A stretch of DNA of 64,000 nucleotides, from positions 5,062-69,061 of the forward strand of contig CAYSAC010000002.1 in the NCBI GenBank assembly GCA_964428815.1, in the 5' to 3' direction. The position numbers and the translations under genes are program-made. This document shows, in pieces, positions 28,506-36,445 of this stretch (its first letter is position 1; each line of letters begins with the position of its first letter). Under the pieces are notes generated by a model. It did no database searches. It was not told the DNA's origin and saw only the letters and a list, made by a program, of their open reading frames with translations. Origin of the DNA: an uncultured Acidimicrobiaceae bacterium (GTDB taxonomy: Bacteria; Actinomycetota; Acidimicrobiia; Acidimicrobiales; CAYSAC01).

Positions 28506-29662
28506 AGGCCCATGCTCCGAGCGACGAGACGACGCATCATGTCGGACGTTCCTGAGTACAGGTGACCACCGACGGCGTCGCGCAGACGTCGCTCGAGAGG
28601 CAGCTCGCGGGTGAAGCCGTAACCACCGTGCACTTGGAGGAGCCGCAACTGCCCTTGAACGATGGCGTCGGTCGCCACGAGCTTGACCGCAGCGGCGTAG
28701 CCGGCGTCGGCATCTCCGCGGTCGTAGCGCATCGCGGTCTCATACAGCAGCGCACGCGCTGCGTCCAGCGCCACTCGCGTGTCGACCAGCTTGTCGCTGA
28801 CGGCTTGGAAGGCGGCTATTGGCTGACCGAATTGGTGGCGCGCCCGTGCGTAGTCGCACGCTTCATCGAGCGACCGTTCCAGTGAGCCCAATGCACTCGC
28901 CATGATGAGCGAGCGCTCCCATTGCATCGACGTCATGAAGATGCGAGCGCCGCGCCCCTCCTTGCCGAGGAGCGCGGACTCATCGAGTCGTACGTCGTCG
29001 AGCAGGATCTCCGCCATCGGCGACGTTCGCAGCCCGAGCTTCTCGATCGGCCGTTCGACCTCGAGTCCCTTTGCCCCCGCTTCGACGAGGAACGCGCTCA
29101 CACCAAACGGTCCTTCGGTCCCGGGCTCGCGTGCGAAGACGATGAAGAGATCGGCGATCGGGGCGTTGGTGATGAGCGTTTTGCGGCCCCGGAGCACGTA
29201 GTCGCCGCCCTCTCGACGTGCGGCTGTCCTGAGTCCGAATGCGTCGCTGCCCGAATCGGGCTCCGTCATTGCGTGCAGCCCGATCCATTCGCCGCTGCAC
29301 AGTTTCGGCAGGTAGGTTCTTCGCTGCTCGTCGTTCCCGAAGTGCCACAGCGGGATGACAGCGCTCCACAGGTGGGCGTTCACGGAGAAGGTGAGCCCTC
29401 CGTCGTCACAGCCGTAGCCGAGCGCCTCCAGGACCACCGCCGTCGTCAAGTGGTCGGCGCCGCCTCCACCGTGCTCGACAGGCGCGGGGAGACCGCACAA
29501 TCCGAACGTCGCGCAACGGCGCCAACCTTCTGCCCAGAATTCACCACGAGCGTCGCGGCTTCCGATCTCTGGATCGTGCAGTTGCTCGCGCGCGAACCGG
29601 CGGGCGGCTTCCGCGAGATCGCGCTGGTCGTCCGAGAGCAGCGGCGAGGCCGTCGGCGACAC
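28502..29662 (-). CDS. Acyl-CoA-dehydrogenase-family flavoprotein (possibly acyl- or aminoacyl-carrier-protein dehydrogenase)
   Basis: 386 aa with ACAD-like N, middle and C domains (GLHAMTEPDSGSD, ITNAPIADLFIVFA, LQVHGGYGFTRELPLERRLRDA). First gene of a three-gene coupled unit. Confidence 0.85.
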   Translation of the reverse strand: MSPTASPLLSDDQRDLAEAARRFAREQLHDPEIGSRDARGEFWAEGWRRCATFGLCGLPAPVEHGGGGADHLTTAVVLEALGYGCDDGGLTFSVNAHLWSAVIPLWHFGNDEQRRTYLPKLCSGEWIGLHAMTEPDSGSDAFGLRTAARREGGDYVLRGRKTLITNAPIADLFIVFAREPGTEGPFGVSAFLVEAGAKGLEVERPIEKLGLRTSPMAEILLDDVRLDESALLGKEGRGARIFMTSMQWERSLIMASALGSLERSLDEACDYARARHQFGQPIAAFQAVSDKLVDTRVALDAARALLYETAMRYDRGDADAGYAAAVKLVATDAIVQGQLRLLQVHGGYGFTRELPLERRLRDAVGGHLYSGTSDMMRRLVARSMGL

Positions 29663-29804
29663 GGACAGCAGGATGCCATATCCTCTCGTCGGTCGCTGAC
29701 GGTCTCAGTGCGTGGACATCGCGAGGCGGAAATGTTCCGGCCCGCGCTTGTACGCTGCATGCGACCACATGGTCCCTTGCTCGCAGCCTTGCCTCGGAGG
29801 CACG

Positions 29805-30044
29805 TTGATCGACATCGAACCCCTACGGACCTTCATACGGCGCGAGTTCTTGTTCGACAGGAATGCAGACCTGCCCGACGATCTCGAGCTGTTCCCCAGC
29901 GTCCTCGATTCGCTCGGCGTCATGGAGCTGGTCGAGTTCGTGGAGGAGACGTACGCGGTCGAGCTCAACCAGCCTGACTTGGCAGCCGACAACTTTCGTA
30001 GCATCACGGCGATCGCCGAGCTGATCCAGCGGAAGACGGCGTGA
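29805..30044 (+). CDS. Stand-alone acyl/peptidyl carrier protein
   Basis: 79 aa from the TTG at 29805, preceded by GGAGG (29796-29800, 4-nt spacer). Phosphopantetheine site LDSLGVMELVEFVE (Ser codon 29910-29912). The track model starts at 29712, and an ATG at 29769 is an alternative. Confidence 0.65.
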   Translation: MIDIEPLRTFIRREFLFDRNADLPDDLELFPSVLDSLGVMELVEFVEETYAVELNQPDLAADNFRSITAIAELIQRKTA

Positions 30045-31057
30045 GGCCCGAGCACGCTCGCATCAGCGCCCGCATCCGACTGACCCGGCTCGCGCTCGAC
30101 GGCTGGGCTGCGCAGGTCCTGTTTGCCGCGAACGAGCTGGGGATCTTCGACCTGCTCGCCCGCAAGGGCGCGTCGTCGTCGGCCGCCGTGGCAGCGGAGC
30201 TCGGCACCGACCCGGATGCAACTCGTCGACTGCTCGGCGTGCTCTGTGCCGTCGGAGTGATCGAGCGCGACGGCGATCATTTCGACAACGGGCTCGGGGC
30301 GCGTGAGTTCCTGGTGTCAGGGACCGACGAGTCGATGGTCACCTGGGTGAACCTGATCGGCACATGGAACCAGACGTTCAGCCATCTAGCTGAGTCGGTG
30401 CGATCCGGTGAGCCGGCGGAGGTGCCGGAGGAGCACCTTGGGAGGTCCGACGACTACACGCGCACGTTCATCCTCGGCATGCACGACTACGCGCTCGGAC
30501 CCGGTCATGAGCTGGCGCAGCACCTCGACCTCACCGAGCGCCGCCGCCTTCTCGATGTCGGCGGCGGGCCGGGGACGTACTCCGTGCTGCTCACCGAGAC
30601 GAACCCGGAGCTGCATTGCACGATCTTCGATCTGCCCGAAGTGGTACGAATCGCGGCGGAGGTTGTCAGCGCTCGAGGCCTGCAGGATCGGGTCGACATG
30701 CACGCCGGCGATTACCACGCCGATGAGTTCCCCACCGGATTCGACGCCGTGCTCGTTTCGAACACGCTGCACCAAGAGGACGACGAGTCGTGTCTGCGCA
30801 TCTTGAAGGCCTCGTTCAGGTCCCTCGATCCAGGTGGTCTCATGATCGTTCACGCCATGCCGCTCGGCGAGGATCAGGACGGGCCGCTCTGGCCGGCATT
30901 GCACAACCTATTGATGCTCCTCGTGTATCGCGGCGGACGCGCCTACACCGCCGGTCAGTACTGCCAGCAGCTGGTCGATGCCGGCTTCGAGGATCCTGAG
31001 GTGCACGCGATGTCGGCGTTCAACGCCGGGTCGTACATCACCGCTCACCGCCCATAG
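30041..31057 (+). CDS. Family-2 (small-molecule type) SAM-dependent O-methyltransferase
   Basis: N-terminal winged-helix/dimerisation region, then LLDVGGGPGTYSVLL, IFDLPEVV, GDYHADEFPTGFDAVLVSNTLH. The GTG overlaps the carrier-protein TGA. Confidence 0.8.
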   Translation: MRPEHARISARIRLTRLALDGWAAQVLFAANELGIFDLLARKGASSSAAVAAELGTDPDATRRLLGVLCAVGVIERDGDHFDNGLGAREFLVSGTDESMVTWVNLIGTWNQTFSHLAESVRSGEPAEVPEEHLGRSDDYTRTFILGMHDYALGPGHELAQHLDLTERRRLLDVGGGPGTYSVLLTETNPELHCTIFDLPEVVRIAAEVVSARGLQDRVDMHAGDYHADEFPTGFDAVLVSNTLHQEDDESCLRILKASFRSLDPGGLMIVHAMPLGEDQDGPLWPALHNLLMLLVYRGGRAYTAGQYCQQLVDAGFEDPEVHAMSAFNAGSYITAHRP

Positions 31058-31093
31058 GCGCAGCGAGCGACGCCTGTACGCTACCGATTCGCC

Positions 31094-31900
31094 ATGGAGA
31101 CCGTCTTCTCGCTCGACCGAACTCGGCTGGACGCGATAGCCGAGGCTGATGGGGAGGGCTACCGGAGCGCACAACCGTTTCCACACATCGTCATCGACGA
31201 CTTCCTCCCGGCGGAAGTGCTCGAGCTGGTGTTGGGCGAGTTCCCCTCAGCGCATGCGATCGACTGGATGCAGTTCGACAGCGGCACAGAGAAGAAGCTC
31301 GCGAGCACGGGCGAAGACGGGATGGGTCCTGCAACGCGGAGGTTGCTCGCGGAGCTGAACGGCGCCATCCTGATCGACTTCCTGACCAAGCTGACCGGCA
31401 TCGAAGGCTTGGTTCCCGATCCCCACTTTGTCGGCGGCGGTCTGCACCAGATCGAGCGGGGTGGCTTCCTCGAGGTGCACGCCGACTTCAACCTCCACCC
31501 TTTGACCGGGCTGGAGCGCCGGCTCAACCTGCTCGTCTACCTCAACCGAGACTGGGACTCGTCGTGGGGTGGTGCGCTCGAGCTGTGGAGTGCGGACATG
31601 AGGCGCTGCGAGGCGAGGATCGATCCCGTCTTCAACCGGTGCGTGGTGTTCAACACGACCGACCGGTCGTTCCACGGGCACCCGACGGCGCTCAGGTGCC
31701 CTGAAGGGAGGACGCGCAAGTCGCTCGCGCTGTACTACTACGCACGGGACGCCGACCCGGCCGACGAGCGCGGCGCGCACAACACGATCTTCAAGGACCG
31801 ACCGAGCCGGTTGCGCAGGTTGGGGGAGGACCTTCTGCCTCCGGTCGCCGTGCGGGGCTTGCGACGCGTCAGGCGCGCGAACCCCGGACAGCGCCGGTGA
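31094..31900 (+). CDS. 2OG-Fe(II) oxygenase superfamily protein (prolyl-4-hydroxylase-like)
   Basis: H-x-D in GGFLEVHADFN, distal His in DRSFHGHP, LNLLVYLNRDWDSSWGGALELW. Confidence 0.7.
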   Translation: METVFSLDRTRLDAIAEADGEGYRSAQPFPHIVIDDFLPAEVLELVLGEFPSAHAIDWMQFDSGTEKKLASTGEDGMGPATRRLLAELNGAILIDFLTKLTGIEGLVPDPHFVGGGLHQIERGGFLEVHADFNLHPLTGLERRLNLLVYLNRDWDSSWGGALELWSADMRRCEARIDPVFNRCVVFNTTDRSFHGHPTALRCPEGRTRKSLALYYYARDADPADERGAHNTIFKDRPSRLRRLGEDLLPPVAVRGLRRVRRANPGQRR

Positions 31901-32778
31901 AGGCGACCGCGCTTGCCAAGCGAGCGGTGCGGCGCGCCATCCGAGCGGTGGCGACGTGGGCTGAAGGAGACGATCGCAGGCCCCCCTCGGCAGTGCTTGG
32001 GGCTCAGCCGGATCCGATCAACGTGAGCGCCTTGTACGCCTCGCTCCGCGGCGCGGGGTCGACGGTGCGCGCCCAGTACCTGTGGGGTGTTCTGCACGCA
32101 GCTCGTGCCGCATCGAGCGCCGATCTCGACGGATTCAGTGCGCTCGAGTTCGGAGTCGCGGGCGGCAACGGCCTCTTAGAGCTGGAGGCGGCGGCGAGGG
32201 TTGCGGAGGAGATCTACGCGGTCGAGATCGAGGTCGTCGGCTTCGACAGCGGCGCGGGCATGCCGGCGCCGATCGACCACCGTGACGTGCCGTGGGTCAT
32301 CAAGCCAGGTTTGCTCGCCATGGACGAGCCTCGCCTCCGAGCGCGTCTCACCCGTGCGGACCTGGTGCTCGGTCCCGTGGTCGACACTGTGCCGCAGTGG
32401 CTCGCCGGGACGCACCGCCCGGTCGGGTTCATCGCCTTCGACCTCGACTACTACTCGTCGACGATCGATGCCTTCCAGGTGCTCGATGCCGCCGACCTTG
32501 CGCTGCTGCCTCGCATCGTGTGCTACTTCGACGACCTGTTCGGCTACGGGTGGAGTGACGTAAACGGCGAGCGGGCCGCGATCGTCGACTTCAACGACGC
32601 CCATCGATGCCGCAAGATCGCGAAGATCCACGGCCTGCGGTACGAGCTGCCACTCGAAGACGGCATGCGCCCCTGGCCTGAGCTGATGTACCTCGCCCAC
32701 ATCCTCGACCACGCCCGCTACAACGACTTCGAGCAGACCGTGTCCGAGGACTTCCTCGACGCGAACGGTCTCGCCTGA
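31897..32778 (+). CDS. Hypothetical protein, possibly Rossmann/class I methyltransferase-like (TylF-like)
   Basis: 293-aa ORF with GC3 bias, coupled to the oxygenase by GTGA. Only weak cues: ALEFGVAGGNGLLEL resembles SAM motif I, plus FIAFDLDYYSST. No confident family assignment. Confidence 0.45.
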   Translation: MKATALAKRAVRRAIRAVATWAEGDDRRPPSAVLGAQPDPINVSALYASLRGAGSTVRAQYLWGVLHAARAASSADLDGFSALEFGVAGGNGLLELEAAARVAEEIYAVEIEVVGFDSGAGMPAPIDHRDVPWVIKPGLLAMDEPRLRARLTRADLVLGPVVDTVPQWLAGTHRPVGFIAFDLDYYSSTIDAFQVLDAADLALLPRIVCYFDDLFGYGWSDVNGERAAIVDFNDAHRCRKIAKIHGLRYELPLEDGMRPWPELMYLAHILDHARYNDFEQTVSEDFLDANGLA

Positions 32779-32842
32779 GCAATGGAGCGGGAAAGCTCGG
32801 TCAGTTCGGATCGTCGCCCCGCCGAAGCCGGCCCGGTCCACG

Positions 32843-34453
32843 TTGCTTGAGGTCCGCGCGGTCGATCTCGCAGTCGTCATCCCGACCCGCGACCGTTGGC
32901 AGATCCTCCAGCGGACGGTTGACGCACTCGCTGCCCAGAGCGCGCAAGGCGCCGAAGTCATCGTCGTCGTCGACGGCGGCGACACACCGGCGCCGGCCGT
33001 CACGGGGGCACGCGTCTTGCAGCAGGAACACGCCGGGCCCGGTGCCGCGCGCAACCGTGGCGTGCGGGCCACGGAGCGTCCGCTCGTCCTCTTTCTCGGG
33101 GACGACATCATCCCGACCGTTGACCTCGTCGCCGCCCACCTCGATGCCCACCGTCGCCACCCCGAGGCCACGAGCGCCGTCCTCGGCCGCACCGACTGGC
33201 ACCCTGGTGTCGCGGACCAGGCGCTCATGCGCTGGCTCGACTCGTCCGGCGGCCAGTTCGACTTCCAGGGCATCGTCGGTGACGACGCTGGGTGGGGTCG
33301 CTTCTATTCCTCGAACGTGTCGCTCAAGCGTTCGCTCTTCGTCGACGTCGGCGGGTTCGACGAGGATTTCACGTTCGATTACGAGGACCTCGATATCGCG
33401 TGGCGGCTGCACCGGAAGGGGATGCAGCTCTGGTACGAGCGGGGCGCTCTTGCTCACCACCTGCACAGCTATGACTGGCAGGGGATCCGCCGTCGCTACG
33501 AGAGCCGCGCCCGTGCGGAGCGGCTCATGCAGTCCAAGCACGACTGGTTCCAGCCGTGGTTCGCTGAGATCGCCGGCAGCGCAGCACGTCAGCCGCCCGT
33601 GTCCGACCTTTGGCCCCGCGTGGTCGAACGGGTGCCCGGGTGGCCGCGATCGTTGCGCCGACTGGCGCGCGATCGTGCCAACCGGTGGTACCAGCAGCAG
33701 ATCGCTCCGACCTTCCTGGCCACGTGGGAGGGGCAGCCCGACCTTGAAGAGCTGCAGGCCTACCTCGGTGACGACTTCGACGTCGACCTGCTCCATGGGC
33801 ACGTCACTGCCGTGGACGCGGAGGAGGAGGCAGCGGGCGACGAGGCGACGTTCTACCGCACGAGCCGGATGTACTTGTACGACCTCACCGCGTTCGCCAT
33901 GACAGGCACGAAGCGCCCGTACCTCAACGACCTGCGCCGCTTCGTGCCACCGGGGTCGTCGCTGCTCGACTACGGCTGTGGGGTCGGCACCGACGGGTTG
34001 CGACTGCTGGCCGAGGGCCATCGTGTCTCCTTCGCTGACTTCGCCAACCCGAGCACGGAGTACCTCCGGTGGCGGCTGTCCCGGCGCGGATCAGATGCCC
34101 CTGTCTATGACCTCGATCGTGACGAGCTCCCTGGAGGGTTCGACGCGGCGTACTCCCTCGATGTCATCGAGCACGTGGATGACCCGTTCGACTTCCTCGA
34201 CCGCCTCGAGCGCCAGGCCGGCATCGTGATGGTCAACCTGCTCGAACCGGATCCACACGACACCCACCTGCACAGGCCGCTCCCGATTCCCGACCTGCTC
34301 GACCACGCGGCATCGCTCGGCATCCTGCGATACAGGCGCTACCACGGGCGCTCGCACCTGGTGATCTACCGCACCCGCCGGCCGGGGCGGCGGGGCCAGG
34401 TTCGCAGCGTGCTGCAGCGACACCTGGGCTCTCGCCTGCGCCCCAGCGTCTGA
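32843..34453 (+). CDS. Bifunctional GT2 glycosyltransferase / class I SAM methyltransferase fusion
   Basis: N-terminal LAVVIPTRDRWQILQRTVDAL, VIVVVDGGD, LFLGDDIIP. C-terminal LLDYGCGVGTDGLRLL (near 33961-33996), AYSLDVIEHVDDP. TTG start from the track. Confidence 0.8.
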   Translation: MLEVRAVDLAVVIPTRDRWQILQRTVDALAAQSAQGAEVIVVVDGGDTPAPAVTGARVLQQEHAGPGAARNRGVRATERPLVLFLGDDIIPTVDLVAAHLDAHRRHPEATSAVLGRTDWHPGVADQALMRWLDSSGGQFDFQGIVGDDAGWGRFYSSNVSLKRSLFVDVGGFDEDFTFDYEDLDIAWRLHRKGMQLWYERGALAHHLHSYDWQGIRRRYESRARAERLMQSKHDWFQPWFAEIAGSAARQPPVSDLWPRVVERVPGWPRSLRRLARDRANRWYQQQIAPTFLATWEGQPDLEELQAYLGDDFDVDLLHGHVTAVDAEEEAAGDEATFYRTSRMYLYDLTAFAMTGTKRPYLNDLRRFVPPGSSLLDYGCGVGTDGLRLLAEGHRVSFADFANPSTEYLRWRLSRRGSDAPVYDLDRDELPGGFDAAYSLDVIEHVDDPFDFLDRLERQAGIVMVNLLEPDPHDTHLHRPLPIPDLLDHAASLGILRYRRYHGRSHLVIYRTRRPGRRGQVRSVLQRHLGSRLRPSV

Positions 34454-34587
34454 GCGGAGACGGCACGACGATCGCGCGCGTCGTTCATAGACGACGCCGG
34501 TGGTCGCGGGTGATCCGGGTCGGCGGCCCACTCCGCCCTGCACGCCCCGCCGGTCGCTGCAACTGCTTGACTATCCAGGTGACATCA

Positions 34588-35361
34588 GTGCCCGAGCCCA
34601 CCGTGCCGGCCGCCGTGTACAACGAGGCGTACTACCGCGGGTGGTGCGCGGGGTACGAAGAGTGGGTCGCCTCCGATGGCAGTGGCGCGGCAGGCCTGTA
34701 CCCCGGGTTCCTCACGCGGGCCGACCTGCGCCCGGGAGAGGTCGTCGTCGACCTCGGCACCGGACGCGGCGAGCTGCTCGCGGTCGCGGTCGAGATGGGT
34801 GCGGAGCGGGCGTACGGCATCGAGTACTCACCCGACGCGGTGCGCATGGCCCAGCAGACCTTGCAGCGGCACGGGGTCGAGGACCGGGCGCAGGTGCTCC
34901 TCGCCGACGCCCGCAGCGACGTCCTGCCCAGTGGCATCGCGGACCTCGTGTGCCTGGTCGACGTCGTGGAGCATCTGGCTCCCCACGAGCTCGACGCGAC
35001 GCTGCGCCAAGCGCATCGGTTGTTGAAGCCCGGCGGTCGGGTGGTCGCCCACACGCTCCCCAATCGGCTCGTGTACGACGTCACCTACCACCTTCTTCGC
35101 TGGACGGTAGGACTCGGTCGATGGCCGAAGGACCCCCGCGGGGAGCTCGAGAAGACGATGCACATCAACGAGCAGAGTCTCCGCTCTTTGAAGCGGGTGT
35201 TCGAGCGTGCCGGGTTCGACGTTGAGGTCACGCTGGGCCAGTGGATGCACACCGCCATGGTCCCGAGCGCGCGGGCCCGCCGCATCTACCACCTGCTGGC
35301 ACGAATGGGGCCGCTCGCCCAGTTGGGTGCCGGTGACCTGTGGGCCACCGGGCGTCGCTGA
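34588..35361 (+). CDS. Class I SAM-dependent methyltransferase
   Basis: VVVDLGTGRGELLAVAV, AYGIEYSPDAV, LVDVVEHLAP, LLKPGGRVVAHT. I prefer the GTG start at 34588, which lies behind AGGTGA (5-nt spacer). The track model starts at 34510. Confidence 0.8.
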   Translation: MPEPTVPAAVYNEAYYRGWCAGYEEWVASDGSGAAGLYPGFLTRADLRPGEVVVDLGTGRGELLAVAVEMGAERAYGIEYSPDAVRMAQQTLQRHGVEDRAQVLLADARSDVLPSGIADLVCLVDVVEHLAPHELDATLRQAHRLLKPGGRVVAHTLPNRLVYDVTYHLLRWTVGLGRWPKDPRGELEKTMHINEQSLRSLKRVFERAGFDVEVTLGQWMHTAMVPSARARRIYHLLARMGPLAQLGAGDLWATGRR

Positions 35362-35468
35362 GCCCACGCGCTCGCGGCCGAAGCGAAGGCGACCGACCCC
35401 ACCGGCGTCACACCGACACGTGAACGGCGGCCGATCAGTAATCACGACCGTCGCCGTATCCTTCCCAG

Positions 35469-36416
35469 ATGGCAGCAAGGCGGGGGCTTCTGGGCAGACG
35501 CCACGACTTGAGCGGTGCTGCGCCGCAGGTGGCGGCCGTCCCGGCGGTTGACGACCGCCCGGCGCCACCGGACGGAGCGCGGAACCTGGTGGTAGTGGTT
35601 CTCGACAGCCTGCGATGGGACGTCGCTGTCGAGGCCGGCATGCCGAACCTCGAGCGACTCGCACCAATCGAGAGGCGGTGGAGCTACGCATCCTGGACGG
35701 CACCCTCGCACTACAACCTCCTCATGGGACTGCTCCCGCACTCCAGCCCCACCAACGTCTACGCGTCCGAGTACTACAAGAAGGACTTCGCGCGTTACAC
35801 CGAGCGCCTCGGTGTCGACGGTGTCGAGTTCCGCGATCTGCTCCCGTCCATCTACCTTCCCACCTATCTCCGCTCGAAGCTTGGCTACCGAACCGGCGCG
35901 ATGGTCTCGATGCCCGTGCTCAACCCGGCGACGGCGATCAACCGCGACTTCGACACCTACGAGCTCATGGCTCGTCACAATGACTTCGCGACGATGATCG
36001 ATCGCATACGGTTCGACACGGAGCGGCCGTCGTTCCACTTGCTGAACGTGGGTGAGACCCACTACCCGTACGCGCTCCCCGACGAGGATCCGTCCGAGTG
36101 GCCCAGGATCTCCGGAGTCCACGGCGTGTTCAAGCACTTGGACGAGCAGATCGTCGGTGGCCAGCTCGTCGTGGACGACGAGCCCCGCTTCTTCGATGAG
36201 GAGCAGCTGAATGCGCTACGCGCTCGCCAGGTGCGGGCCGCGGGGTTCGTCGACGGTTTACTCGAAAAGCTGATGGACGTAGTTCCGAAGGGGACCTGGC
36301 TGATCGTCACCGCGGACCACGGCGAGCTGTTCGGCGAAGGTGGCTACTTCGGCCACGGCCCGATCGCCCACGAGAAGGTCTTCGAGGTGCCGTTCGCCGA
36401 AGGCCTCGTTCGCTAG
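35469..36416 (+). CDS. Alkaline-phosphatase-superfamily enzyme, NPP/phosphodiesterase-like (Thr nucleophile), not a canonical sulfatase
   Basis: Metal-site start NLVVVVLDSLRWD. At the sulfatase C-x-P-x-R position it has T-A-P-S-H (SWTAPSHYNLLMG; Thr codon 35697-35699), resembling the NPP box TFPNHYS. C-terminal LIVTADHGELFGEGGYFGHG. Confidence 0.7.
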   Translation: MAARRGLLGRRHDLSGAAPQVAAVPAVDDRPAPPDGARNLVVVVLDSLRWDVAVEAGMPNLERLAPIERRWSYASWTAPSHYNLLMGLLPHSSPTNVYASEYYKKDFARYTERLGVDGVEFRDLLPSIYLPTYLRSKLGYRTGAMVSMPVLNPATAINRDFDTYELMARHNDFATMIDRIRFDTERPSFHLLNVGETHYPYALPDEDPSEWPRISGVHGVFKHLDEQIVGGQLVVDDEPRFFDEEQLNALRARQVRAAGFVDGLLEKLMDVVPKGTWLIVTADHGELFGEGGYFGHGPIAHEKVFEVPFAEGLVR

Positions 36417-36445
36417 CGCGGCGACCTGTCGCGCAGGCGCGCTTC

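Noticed and set aside
32801-34021. 406-aa minus-strand ORF opposite the GT2-methyltransferase fusion
   Set aside because: Shadow ORF. The plus-strand frame carries both GT2 and SAM-MT motifs.
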